Positions 1 to 9,753 of a stretch of DNA of 64,000 nt are shown here, in pieces (positions within the stretch are counted from its first letter, which is position 1; each line of letters starts with the position of its first letter). This stretch comes from an uncultured Phycisphaerales bacterium (GTDB lineage: Bacteria; Planctomycetota; Phycisphaerae; Phycisphaerales; SM1A02). A program made the translations under genes and the position numbers. A model generated the notes under the pieces. It was not told the DNA's origin, did not search any database, and saw only the letters and a program-made list of their open reading frames with translations. The stretch spans positions 37,094-101,093 of the forward strand of contig CALKEP010000015.1 in NCBI GenBank assembly GCA_938084645.1, written 5' to 3'.

Positions 1-198
1 CAGCGAAAGTCTCCCCCGGCTCACGTCGCGATCCTGCTGAGCCTCGAAGCGGTGTTCGCCGCACTTGGTGGATGGTGGTTGCTGGGCGAGACCTACGACG
101 AACGAACCATGATCGGGTGCGGGTTCATGTTGGCCGGGATCGTCGCCAGCCAGCTTCCCCGATTCGTCGGCCGAAGAGCTCCAGTATCCCAGCCATGA
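1..198 (+). CDS. DMT/EamA family transporter, C-terminal part (truncated by window edge)
   Basis: Frame 1 reads QRKSPPAHVAILLSLEAVFAALGGWWLLGE...GCGFMLAGIVASQ, typical of an EamA C-terminus; TGA at 196-198. Confidence 0.8.
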   Translation, partial: QRKSPPAHVAILLSLEAVFAALGGWWLLGETYDERTMIGCGFMLAGIVASQLPRFVGRRAPVSQP

Positions 199-267
199 TG
201 CGGCTTTTCGTGGCTCAAACGCCTGATTCGAGGTCGGAGGATCCCGTCGTACCACTACAGTGGAGAC

Positions 268-3200
268 ATGGAATTCGGTCGTGATCAGCCTCGCGGAATT
301 CACCGATGGGCCCCTGCCCTGATCTTGCTGGGCACTGCATCGGCGTGGGCTGCCGGATTCACCCAATCCGACGATGCGGTTGTCCCGGACGATGCGATCC
401 ATGCGGGCGTCCCGGCCGCCGACCACGCGATCGACTTCAACCGCGACGTTCGCCCGATCCTCGTCGCCCGGTGCTTCGCCTGTCACGGCCCCGATTCCTC
501 GACTCGGAAGCGCGGCCTTCGACTCGACGTCCGGAAGGGCGCTGTCGAGCCCGCGGCGTCCGGCCGTCAGGCCGTCGTCGTCCCGCACGACGCGGACGGC
601 AGTCTTCTGCTGGAGCGGATCACGGATGATCTCGATCCGATGCCACCGTCCGGCGAGCCCCTGACGACCGAGGAGGTCGAGATCCTCCGACGCTGGATCG
701 ATGCGGGCGCGGAATACGAAGGCCATTGGTCATGGGAGCCGATTCAGGATCCCACACCCCCGACCATCGATGACGAACGATCGGCGACGGTTCGAAACGA
801 CGTGGACCGATTCGTCGAAGATCGTCTTCACGCCGAAGGTCTCACGGCCGCCGGTGACGCCACTCCCGCGCGACAGGTTCGACGGCTCGCCTTCGACCTC
901 ACCGGCCTGCCGCCGGACCCCGGCGTGATCGAGGCTTTCGAACACGATCCGAGCGACGATCACTGGAACCGGATGGTCGAGGCGTACCTCGCATCGCCCG
1001 CCTTCGGCGAGCGATGGGGACGCCACTGGCTCGACCTCGTCCGCTACTCGGAGACCTATGGACACGAGTTCGACTATCCGATCCGCGAAGCGTGGCGGTA
1101 TCGCGACTGGGTGGTCCGGGCGTTCAACCAGGATCTCGGATACGACCGATTCCTCGCCGAGCAGATCGCTGGTGACCTGCTCGATCCGCGACCGAACCCC
1201 GTGGACGGCACCAACGAAAGCGTGATCGGCACCGGGCACTGGTACTTCCACCAGGCGGTGCACGCGCCCACCGACGTGACCCAGGACCAGTCCGATCGCA
1301 TCGCCGACCAGCTCGAGGTCTTCGGCCAGGGATTCCTCGGCCTCACCGTCGCCTGTGCCCGGTGCCACGACCACAAGTTCGACGCGATCAGCACCCGGGA
1401 CTACTACGCGCTCTCCGGGTACCTCCAGTCGATGCACCAGGGGTATGCGTATCTCGATCCCCACCATCGAATCACCGAGGCGGTGGCTCGACTCCGGAAC
1501 GCCGGACCGATGCGCGACATCCGATCGGCGCTCGAGTCACCGACCCGCCTCGCCGAGTACTTGAAGGCTGCCGCGGAGACGCGACCGGGTCGGACCGAGG
1601 ACGGCAAGGCGTGGAAGCCGGTCGATCCCGAACGAATCGCTGAAGTCGCCGGGGATCGCGATCTCGATCCCGGTCTGCTCGGTCGCTGGACCGAGTCCTT
1701 TCGAGACGACGCCTGGCGATCGCCGGACCACCCCTGGCGGGCCTGGGTCCTGCTCGGTCACGACGGTGCGATCGACGATGAGTCCACCCGACGCGACGCT
1801 CGGGGGAAAGTGGTTCCGAACATCGATCTCGTCGTCGACGAGGGAGCCGTCGTCCTCGAGTCGTTCGATCAACCGACCCCGGACCTTCGGTGGTATCCCA
1901 CCGGTTGGGCGTGGACCGGGACGGACGACATGCCGACACCCCGCGGTGGGACCCTCGCCAGCGACGACGGTGATCACCGTCTTCAGGGAACGATCCGGAG
2001 CGAGACCTTCACGCTCGATCGACGCTTCCTCCACTGGCGGGTCCGCGGTGATGGGAACGGTGCAAGAATCCGACTCGTCGTCGAAGGCATGATGATGGAC
2101 GAGTTCAACGCGCTGCTCTTCGGTGGATATCGACGCGACGTCGCCTCGAACGACGGCTGGCGACACGTGGTGAACGACACGCGGCTCCAGGCGGGCAGCC
2201 GCGCCCATCTCGAACTCATCGACGATGGCACCGGCCGACTCGAAGTCGATGCGATCTGGCTGAGCGATCGCGGCGACGGGAGACTTCCCGACGAGGATCT
2301 CCCAGACTGGATCGATGCCGCCCGCGGCGAGGATGCGAACGAACTCGCCGAGGCCTTCGCAAGATCGGCGGCGGGATCCGACGATTCCGAGACCTACCGA
2401 AGCCCGCTTCGAGATCGGCTGATCGACGCCGGCCTCTGGGGTGACACGCTCGCCGAAGCGGACGCGAATCGGGAGACCGTCGCGGCCGAGGAACGCCGCC
2501 TGTCGACGATCGCCGGTGACATCCCCGGGCCGGTCCGGGTGCTTGCGGCGCTCGAAGGGTCCGGGGTCGATCAGCACGTCTCCATCCGTGGCTCGCATCG
2601 GAGTCCCGGCGAGATCGCGGTTCGTTCCTTCATCACATCGATCGCCGGTGAACCGACCTCGCCCGGTGAATCGGGTTCGGGACGCCTCGAACTGGTCGAG
2701 ACGATCTTCGCGACGTCCAATCCATTCCCCGCCCGCGTCATGGCGAACCGCGCCTGGCACCATCTCTTCGGCCGAGGGCTCGTGGCGACCACCGACGATT
2801 TCGGTGGCCTCGGCGAGATGCCCTCGCACCCCGAACTGCTCGATCACCTTGCCTCCGAGTTCCGGACGAACTGGTCGATCAAGGACCTCATTCGATCGAT
2901 CGTGAGGTCCAGCGCGTATCGGCGTTCGAGCGTCCCCGTCGAAGCGACCGCGGACCGGATGCGCTTGATCGATCCGAATCGCGCCCTGCTCGCCGCCGCG
3001 CCGGTCCGTCGGCTCCAGGCCGAGGCGATTCGTGATTCGATGCTCTTCACCAGTGGTCGACTCGACTCCACCGTGGGGGGCGCCTCGGTCGGAACCCATC
3101 TCACGCCGTTCATGAACGGCCGCGGTCGTCCCGGCCGGAGCGGGCCGCTCGACGGCGCCGGACGACGAAGCATCTACCTCGAGGTTCGGCGGAACTTCGC

Positions 3201-3540
3201 CAATCCGATGCTCGCCGCGTTCGACCTGCCGGCCCCGATGACCACGGTCGGTCGTCGCAACAGCTCGAACGTGCCCGCCCAGTCGCTCGTCCTCCTGAAC
3301 GATCCCTTCGTTCACGAAATGGCGGCGGCGTGGGCGGACTCGATCCTGGCGGACACGTCGCTCGGGAACGACGAGGATCGGGCTCGTCGGATGTGGCGAC
3401 TGGCCTTCGCCACACCGCCCACCGAGGAGGACGTCCGCATCATCGTCGACCACGTGGACGCGACATCCGATCCGGTCGAGGCCTGGAACGACATCGCGCA
3501 CGCCCTCTACAACTCCAAGGCCTTCGTCCACCTCGACTGA
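268..3540 (+). CDS. Planctomycete cytochrome c / DUF1549 / DUF1553 domain protein
   Basis: Signal peptide; FNRDVRPIL..CFACH, ERWGRHWLD, CARCHDHKFD, PSHPELLDHLA, RRSIY and PAQSLVLLN motifs. Confidence 0.92.
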   Translation: MEFGRDQPRGIHRWAPALILLGTASAWAAGFTQSDDAVVPDDAIHAGVPAADHAIDFNRDVRPILVARCFACHGPDSSTRKRGLRLDVRKGAVEPAASGRQAVVVPHDADGSLLLERITDDLDPMPPSGEPLTTEEVEILRRWIDAGAEYEGHWSWEPIQDPTPPTIDDERSATVRNDVDRFVEDRLHAEGLTAAGDATPARQVRRLAFDLTGLPPDPGVIEAFEHDPSDDHWNRMVEAYLASPAFGERWGRHWLDLVRYSETYGHEFDYPIREAWRYRDWVVRAFNQDLGYDRFLAEQIAGDLLDPRPNPVDGTNESVIGTGHWYFHQAVHAPTDVTQDQSDRIADQLEVFGQGFLGLTVACARCHDHKFDAISTRDYYALSGYLQSMHQGYAYLDPHHRITEAVARLRNAGPMRDIRSALESPTRLAEYLKAAAETRPGRTEDGKAWKPVDPERIAEVAGDRDLDPGLLGRWTESFRDDAWRSPDHPWRAWVLLGHDGAIDDESTRRDARGKVVPNIDLVVDEGAVVLESFDQPTPDLRWYPTGWAWTGTDDMPTPRGGTLASDDGDHRLQGTIRSETFTLDRRFLHWRVRGDGNGARIRLVVEGMMMDEFNALLFGGYRRDVASNDGWRHVVNDTRLQAGSRAHLELIDDGTGRLEVDAIWLSDRGDGRLPDEDLPDWIDAARGEDANELAEAFARSAAGSDDSETYRSPLRDRLIDAGLWGDTLAEADANRETVAAEERRLSTIAGDIPGPVRVLAALEGSGVDQHVSIRGSHRSPGEIAVRSFITSIAGEPTSPGESGSGRLELVETIFATSNPFPARVMANRAWHHLFGRGLVATTDDFGGLGEMPSHPELLDHLASEFRTNWSIKDLIRSIVRSSAYRRSSVPVEATADRMRLIDPNRALLAAAPVRRLQAEAIRDSMLFTSGRLDSTVGGASVGTHLTPFMNGRGRPGRSGPLDGAGRRSIYLEVRRNFANPMLAAFDLPAPMTTVGRRNSSNVPAQSLVLLNDPFVHEMAAAWADSILADTSLGNDEDRARRMWRLAFATPPTEEDVRIIVDHVDATSDPVEAWNDIAHALYNSKAFVHLD

Positions 3541-3557
3541 ACCCGCAGGATTCCACC

Positions 3558-4997
3558 ATGTCTCACGAATCACATCACTGCGGTCGGTTCCTCGCGGGCG
3601 CGACCACCCGGCGCGACATGCTTCGTCAGGTCGCCGGCGGGTTCGGGCTCGCCGCGTTCGCGGCGCTGGGCCACGAGGAACGCGCCGTCGCCGCGAGTCC
3701 CAACCGCATCGGCCGCGACGGCATGCTTCCGTCGCCGCATCACGCCGCGAAGGCCCGAAGCGTGATCTTCCTCTACATGGACGGCGGTCCGGGGCAGATG
3801 GACACCTTCGACCCGAAGCCGCGACTGACCGACATGCATGGCCAGCCCTTTCCGATGGAGAAGACGCCGACGCAGTTCGATTCCAACGGCAACTGTCTGG
3901 GGACGCCCTGGGACTTCCGACCGGGCGGTGAATCGGGGACGCCGGTATCCGACCTCTTTCCCCATGTCAGGGAGATGGCCGACGACATTCTCGTGGTCCG
4001 ATCGATGACCTCTCCGTTCAATGAACACACGAATGCCAACTACTTCCTCCACACCGGTCACGGGCTCGCCGGCCGCCCATCGATGGGTGCGTGGGCGACC
4101 TACGGCCTCGGCAGTGAGAATCGCGACCTCCCGGGATTCGTGGTGCTCGACGGCGGCTTGATACCCCCCGGAGGACTCGAGTGCTTCGGCAACGCGTATC
4201 TCCCCGCGACGCATCAGGCTTCCGTGCTCCGGCCCGCCGACGAGGTGCTCGCGAACGTGAAGCCCCGCGAGTCGATCGATCGCCAGCGAAGGAAGCTCGG
4301 CCTCGTCGAAGCGTTCGATCGCGGATTCCGGTCGTCGAGCGACGATCGCATCGAGAGCGCGATACGAAATCAGGAACTCGCCTTCCGCATGCAGTTCGCG
4401 GTCCCCGAAGCGACGGACGTCGAGGAGGAGCGGGCGAGCACCCGTCGAGACTACGGATTCGAGAGCGACTACGAACCGACGCGGATCTTCGCCCGGGAAT
4501 GCCTGCTGGCGCGTCGTCTGGTCGAACGCGGCGTGCGGTTCATCGAATGCACCTGCCCGAGGGTGAGCGGTGACCGCTGGGATCAGCATGGAAAGCTGAA
4601 GGAGGGTCACGAGAACAACGCCCGGGCCGTCGACCAGCCGATCGCGGCCCTGCTCGCGGACCTCAAGCAGCGGGGATTGCTCGATTCGACGCTGGTGATC
4701 TGGGGCGCCGAGTTCGGCCGGACGCCGTTCAGCCAGGGTTCCGACGGACGCGATCACAACCAGCACGGGTTCAGCATGTGGCTCGCGGGCGGGGGGATCG
4801 ACGGGGGCCGGACCTACGGCGCGACCGACGAGTACGGATATCGCGCAGTCGAGAATCCGGTCGAGATCCACGATCTCCACGCGACGATGCTCCATCTCAT
4901 GGGCATCGATCACGAGCGGCTCACGCTTCGCTTCGGCGGGCGGGACATGCGACTCACCGACGTCCACGGCAAGGTGATGCACGACTGGATCGCCTGA
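3558..4997 (+). CDS. DUF1501 domain protein (Tat-exported, sulfatase-like)
   Basis: TRRDML twin-arginine motif, FLYMDGGP, EFGRTP, GRDHN, DLHAT; ATG at 3558 after AGGA; usual partner of DUF1553 genes. Confidence 0.92.
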   Translation: MSHESHHCGRFLAGATTRRDMLRQVAGGFGLAAFAALGHEERAVAASPNRIGRDGMLPSPHHAAKARSVIFLYMDGGPGQMDTFDPKPRLTDMHGQPFPMEKTPTQFDSNGNCLGTPWDFRPGGESGTPVSDLFPHVREMADDILVVRSMTSPFNEHTNANYFLHTGHGLAGRPSMGAWATYGLGSENRDLPGFVVLDGGLIPPGGLECFGNAYLPATHQASVLRPADEVLANVKPRESIDRQRRKLGLVEAFDRGFRSSSDDRIESAIRNQELAFRMQFAVPEATDVEEERASTRRDYGFESDYEPTRIFARECLLARRLVERGVRFIECTCPRVSGDRWDQHGKLKEGHENNARAVDQPIAALLADLKQRGLLDSTLVIWGAEFGRTPFSQGSDGRDHNQHGFSMWLAGGGIDGGRTYGATDEYGYRAVENPVEIHDLHATMLHLMGIDHERLTLRFGGRDMRLTDVHGKVMHDWIA

Positions 4998-5015
4998 TCC
5001 GCGATTCGGTCCGCG

Positions 5016-5690
5016 TCACTCCGAAGCCGGAGCACCGGTCCGTTGTTCACGCAGCCACGATGCGCGGGCGCGGGGGATGTGGACACGGCCCGACTTGGAC
5101 CGTCGCCACCACACGATGATCATCACCAGAATGGTGCCCACCAGCAGGGCCCCGACGCCGATGGTGACCCAGTGCAGGGGACCACTGGTGGAGAGCCCCC
5201 GTTGTGCCGCGTAGCCGAGGCCGAGCTGGAACCCCACGCTCAGGATCGCGGTCGACAGTTCCACGAGCAGGAAGACGCCCCAGGAGAGATGCACGAGCCC
5301 GCCGACCGCGACGCCCACCGTCCGCGATCCCGGAATGAACCGCGATGCGAGCAACACCCACGTGCCGTGACGGTCGTAGAGCGCCTTGACCTGGAGAATG
5401 CGTTTCGGATGCGCCTGCTTTCGAAACCAGTGCGTGCCGACCAGCCGGCCGCCGAACTTTCGGCAGACCAGGAACCACAGGGTGTCACCGCCGGTGACGC
5501 CGAGGTAGGCGGCGAGCACCGTCCAGAACATCGGGAACTTTCCGGCCGCGATCTCCCATCCGGCGGGGATCACGATCAGGTCCTCCGGAAGGTGCAGTCC
5601 CACGCCGGCGATCACCAGCAACCCGAACACCGCGATCGGACCGTAGAGGTCGAAGAGGTGTTGGACGATTTGGTCGGCGGTCTCGTGCAT
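5016..5690 (-). CDS. DedA family membrane protein
   Basis: LPEDL, GDTLWF and SRFIPGSR motifs; hydrophobic segments; start chosen at MHETAD. Confidence 0.85.
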   Translation of the reverse strand: MHETADQIVQHLFDLYGPIAVFGLLVIAGVGLHLPEDLIVIPAGWEIAAGKFPMFWTVLAAYLGVTGGDTLWFLVCRKFGGRLVGTHWFRKQAHPKRILQVKALYDRHGTWVLLASRFIPGSRTVGVAVGGLVHLSWGVFLLVELSTAILSVGFQLGLGYAAQRGLSTSGPLHWVTIGVGALLVGTILVMIIVWWRRSKSGRVHIPRARASWLREQRTGAPASE

Positions 5691-5769
5691 GGCGTCAGTG
5701 GGCAGTATCCATGGTTCGCGTGCCGGTTGCTCGGAATGACCATCCTCCCCGGTACAATCGCCGCCCGAC

Positions 5770-6783
5770 ATGCCCACCTTCGCCGCCGCCTACGTCCACG
5801 ATCTCTCCCCGTTCGCCCTCCGATTCGGCGACGGGTTCGGGATTCGCTGGTACGGGCTCGCCTACCTGACCGGGTTCATCGCCGGCTGGTTCATCCTTCG
5901 ATGGATGGCGAAGACGGGCCGAGGACTGATGAAGCCGGAGCAGGTGGGCGACTTCATGACCTGGATGGTCGTCGGCGTGCTCGTCGGCGGTCGCCTCGGC
6001 TACGTCTTCTTCTATTCGATCGATCTGCTGTGGACGTTCTCCGGCTCGTTCCCGTTCTGGGGCGTGCTCGAGATCCACAAGGGTGGCATGGCGAGTCATG
6101 GCGGGATCCTGGGCGTGATGGCCGCCTGCATCCTCTATGGACTTCGCAATCGGATCACGCCGTGGCATCTGGTCGACTGCGTCGCGTTCTGCGCCCCGAT
6201 CGGACTCGGACTCGGACGACTCGCCAATTTCGTGAACGGTGAACTCTGGGGTCGACCCCTCTCCGCCGAGCGCCAGGCCGATGCACCATGGTGGGCCGTC
6301 AAGTATCCCGACGAGATGCTCGACCCGGAGGAATTCCAGAACGGCGCGAACGTCGACGGACTCGCGACGATGGTTTCCAACCCGAACGGCGAGTGGGGAC
6401 GACAGGCCCTTCGCGATGCGGTCTATGCCGGTCGGTCCGATGTCTCGGAGGCGATCGCCCCGTATCTGACCGCGTACTACCCCAGCCAGTTGTTTCAGGC
6501 CTGCACCGACGGTCTCCTGCTCTTTGCGCTGCTCGCGATCGTGTGGTGGAAACCGCGCAAGCCCGGGATCATCGGTGGCTGGTTCATGATCGGGTACGGC
6601 GTGATGCGGATCGCGTCCGAACAGTTCCGGGCCCAGTACCTGACGAACTGGGGCGTCTCCAGCATCTGGCCCGCAGCGGGCCTCAGCGCCGTGATGATCG
6701 CGATCGGTCTCGGAATGATCTGGTGGTGCGGTCGCCGGAACGACGATCCGATCGGCGGCCTTCGTCGCCCGCGGACCGTCTGA
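5770..6783 (+). CDS. lgt: Prolipoprotein diacylglyceryl transferase
   Basis: IRWYGLAY, GGRLGY, GGMASHGG, GRLANFVNGELWGR, PSQL. Confidence 0.93.
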   Translation: MPTFAAAYVHDLSPFALRFGDGFGIRWYGLAYLTGFIAGWFILRWMAKTGRGLMKPEQVGDFMTWMVVGVLVGGRLGYVFFYSIDLLWTFSGSFPFWGVLEIHKGGMASHGGILGVMAACILYGLRNRITPWHLVDCVAFCAPIGLGLGRLANFVNGELWGRPLSAERQADAPWWAVKYPDEMLDPEEFQNGANVDGLATMVSNPNGEWGRQALRDAVYAGRSDVSEAIAPYLTAYYPSQLFQACTDGLLLFALLAIVWWKPRKPGIIGGWFMIGYGVMRIASEQFRAQYLTNWGVSSIWPAAGLSAVMIAIGLGMIWWCGRRNDDPIGGLRRPRTV

Positions 6784-6817
6784 TCGCGGCGCCCTCTCCA
6801 CCGGCCCTCGCCATCAT

Positions 6818-6849
6818 GAAAGACACCGCCCGGTCGGTGGACCGGGCGG
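6818..6849 (-). terminator. Probable intrinsic terminator between convergent lgt and the B12-fold gene
   Basis: Stem CCGCCCGGTC/GACCGGGCGG (6826-6849) with a 4-nt loop; followed by TGTCTTTC on the minus strand. Confidence 0.6.
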
Positions 6850-6907
6850 CGCTTCGGAGGGCGTGAACCCTTCGCTTCGTTCTGAATGACGCGGTGACGT
6901 CGGTGGA

Positions 6908-7609
6908 TCAGGCGGCCTTCGTCGCCTTGCCGCGACCGACGGTGCGCTCGTCGAGATTCGCTCGGACCTCGGGATACGCTTCGAGCTGCTCGAGCAGATC
7001 GTCGGGACCGGTCGCCCAGAGATCGGCACCGATCTCCTCGGCGAGGCCCGGAGCCCGGTTGAAGATGCCGCCACCGACCACGATCTGCATCTCGGGGATC
7101 GCGTTGATGCCGCGGATCTGATCGATCAGCTGACGGATGCCCGGTGCGTCGGCACCGCCGGAGCTGAACATGAGCAGGATGTCGGGGCGACGCTCGTGGA
7201 CCTCGGCCATGATGTCGTCGTCCGCGATGTTTCCGCCGCCGTAGGTGACTTCGTAACCATCCGCTTCGAGCAGGTCGGCGATGAGTCGCGCCGAAAGGTC
7301 GTCGAGCTCGTTGGGACCGCAGAACATGCAGATCGAACGGTCACGAGCGGGCTTCGTCTCGTATCGATCCTGGTTCTGGGAGATGAGACCGCTCAGGGCC
7401 CGGGTCGCGTACTGCTGGGCGAGTCGCGTCATCTGGTCCTGGCGGTAGAGGGTGGTGATGTTGTTGATGGTGGGCCAGAAGACCTCACGGGCGATGGTGT
7501 CGGCGGAGATGTCGTGGTCGATCGCGGTCTCGACGAGCCGCCGCGAGGCGTTGCGGTTTCCGGAGACGAGCGAGGCGAAGAGGCTTTCGATGAAGAGGTC
7601 GGTGTTCAT
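6908..7609 (-). CDS. Cobalamin-binding-fold protein (helical cap + Rossmann domain) lacking canonical His ligands
   Basis: Cap domain followed by ARLIADLLEADGYEV...PDILLMFSS...IVVGGG...IGAD; AAGGA upstream. Confidence 0.8.
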   Translation of the reverse strand: MNTDLFIESLFASLVSGNRNASRRLVETAIDHDISADTIAREVFWPTINNITTLYRQDQMTRLAQQYATRALSGLISQNQDRYETKPARDRSICMFCGPNELDDLSARLIADLLEADGYEVTYGGGNIADDDIMAEVHERRPDILLMFSSGGADAPGIRQLIDQIRGINAIPEMQIVVGGGIFNRAPGLAEEIGADLWATGPDDLLEQLEAYPEVRANLDERTVGRGKATKAA

Positions 7610-7908
7610 GTCGGTTCCTTCTGGTTCTTGCTGGTTCGTGGCCCGAGTGGCCGAGGCGATCCCGGGCGGCGCCGGTTCCTCGGCGTCGTGAGTCGGTCTC
7701 TGGGAGTTGTCGGTGTCGAGATCGTCTCGACCGGGTGAGCTTCAGGCGTCGGTGTGTTCCCGTCGCCGGGTACTTCTTCGACGCGATCGCCGATCCATCC
7801 GCATCGCGGTTCGATTTCGAGTTACCGGATCACCCCGGCCTGGTTATGGACCATGTTCGACCGAGGAGGACGCCGGGGTCGCCGGTTATCAGTCACCACC
7901 GGCGTCGC

Positions 7909-8412
7909 TCAAACCGTCGGCGGGTGCGCGTTCATCCACTGGAAGACGCTGCTCTCGGGAGAATCCTCGATTCCAAGCTGACGAAGCATGTTGATGCACT
8001 GGGCCCGATGATGCATCGAGTGGGTGGTCACGTGGGCGAGGATGCCTCCGCGGGTGAAGGTGTAGGTCGTTCCTTCTCGTTCCCGGGTGATCACGTCCGC
8101 GAAGTCACCATCAAGCGCCGCCGAACGGAACGCCGCGTTCGCCTCGCGTTGCCGCCGTCGAAAGTCCTCGATGGTCCGCGGGGGGTCGTCCCGCATCACC
8201 GCGAAGGGGTCCTCTTCACCGCGAAGGACTCCGGTCCAGCCGATCATCGCCCCGAGATCGTGGGCGAAGGTCGCGCGAAGCGAACCGAGGCCCATCTCGA
8301 ACGTCCGGTCGAGCGACTCGTCGTCGAGGGCATCGCAGGCGTCGAAGAGCCGCTCGTTCGCCCAGGCGTCGAAATCAAGCAGCACGAGATCCGGTCGGGT
8401 GGGGGTGGTCAT
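7909..8412 (-). CDS. DinB family protein
   Basis: WANERL, SLRATFAH, HVTTHSMHHRAQ metal-binding His pattern. Confidence 0.88.
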   Translation of the reverse strand: MTTPTRPDLVLLDFDAWANERLFDACDALDDESLDRTFEMGLGSLRATFAHDLGAMIGWTGVLRGEEDPFAVMRDDPPRTIEDFRRRQREANAAFRSAALDGDFADVITREREGTTYTFTRGGILAHVTTHSMHHRAQCINMLRQLGIEDSPESSVFQWMNAHPPTV

Positions 8413-8421
8413 GCCGCAATC

Positions 8422-9753
8422 CTAGTCGGCGACCACGGGCGCCGGCGGGACGATTCGCGCCGACACCAACCGAGCCTCGGCCGCCTGCGCGTGACCCTCG
8501 AGCCCTTCCAACCGGGCGAATGTCGCGATCTCCTCGACGATCGCCGCCTTCGGGGTCGCCGATGCGGCGCGAAGCCACGTGCGGACCCGCAGGAAATCGA
8601 GCACGGAGAGACCGGCGGTGAATCGTGCGGTTCCTCCGGTGGGAAGAACGTGATTCGGCCCGATGCCGTAGTCGCCGAAGACCTCGCCCGCACCACCGCC
8701 GATGAACACCCCGCCGGCGTGACGAACCCGTCCCGAGATCCCGTCGGGGTCCTCGGTCAGGATCTCGAGGTGCTCGGCGGCGATCCGGTCCGCGATCGCG
8801 ACGAGTCCGTCCCGATCGACCGCGTCGAAGATCCCGCCTCGACACAGCGACGTGGTCGCCGTGGAACGATTCGGTTCCGGCAGCGCCTCGACCCGTCGCC
8901 GAACCGCTTCGCGAATGCTCGGGCCGGCGGAGCATTCCGTGGTGGCGACCCACACTCCCGCGTCGGGATCGTGTTCCGCCTGCGCGATGAGATCCGCGGC
9001 GATCACCTCCGGATCCGCTGATCCGTCCGCGAGCACCAGCAGCTCGCTCGGACCGGCGATCCCGTCGATCTTCACCGGCCCGTGCACCGGCCCCGCGACC
9101 AACGCCTTCGCCGCCGTCACGTAACGGTTGCCCGGCCCGACGATCATGTCGCATCGCGGACCGAAGCGGCCCTGCGCGAACGCGCCGATCGCGTGCACCC
9201 CGCCCGCACACAACATCGAGTCGGCATCCGCGAACCACGCGGCGGCGAGCATCTCCTCGGTGGGATTCGGACTCGCCACTCGGACCATGGAGACGCCCGC
9301 CACCCGGGCGGGGATCGCGGTCATGAGAACGCTCGATGGCAGGGGATACCGACCGCCGGGGGCGTAGCAGCCCACCGATTCGATGGGGACGAGATCGTGA
9401 CCGGCCTGGAATCCATCGTCGGACACCGGACCGGACTCGACCCGCACCGGAGACAACGCGGCGAACTGCGTCTCCGCGAACGACCGGATCCGTGCCGCGG
9501 CCGACTCGATGATTCGTCTCGACGCGGCCGGAAGTCGGTCGACCGCCGATCGCATCCGGTCGCGATCCACCGTCACGAGGCCGTCCGGTCCACGCTCTTC
9601 GAATCGATCCATCTGTTCGACGATCACGGACTCGCCTCGAGTTCGAATCGCGTCGAGCATCGACTCCGCGAAGGCCAGGGCTTCGGGAACCACCGCCGGT
9701 GTCCGCTCGATCGCGGCGTCGGGCGACCGATCGGGAAGAAGCATCTCGTTCAT
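8422..9753 (-). CDS. hisD: Histidinol dehydrogenase
   Basis: GCYAPGG, GPGNRYV, AGPSE, AQAEHD, AEHLE, GDYGIGPNHVLPT. Confidence 0.97.
   Translation of the reverse strand: MNEMLLPDRSPDAAIERTPAVVPEALAFAESMLDAIRTRGESVIVEQMDRFEERGPDGLVTVDRDRMRSAVDRLPAASRRIIESAAARIRSFAETQFAALSPVRVESGPVSDDGFQAGHDLVPIESVGCYAPGGRYPLPSSVLMTAIPARVAGVSMVRVASPNPTEEMLAAAWFADADSMLCAGGVHAIGAFAQGRFGPRCDMIVGPGNRYVTAAKALVAGPVHGPVKIDGIAGPSELLVLADGSADPEVIAADLIAQAEHDPDAGVWVATTECSAGPSIREAVRRRVEALPEPNRSTATTSLCRGGIFDAVDRDGLVAIADRIAAEHLEILTEDPDGISGRVRHAGGVFIGGGAGEVFGDYGIGPNHVLPTGGTARFTAGLSVLDFLRVRTWLRAASATPKAAIVEEIATFARLEGLEGHAQAAEARLVSARIVPPAPVVAD

Noticed and set aside
5770..6783. Lgt as an inactive variant (YYPSQLFQ instead of RHPSQLYE)
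   Set aside because: The key HGG, GR.(A/G)NF.N.E and R...E..R motifs are intact; the change is within plausible family variation
7610..7908. Cobalamin riboswitch upstream of the B12-fold gene
   Set aside because: The conserved B12-box and core motifs could not be identified by eye
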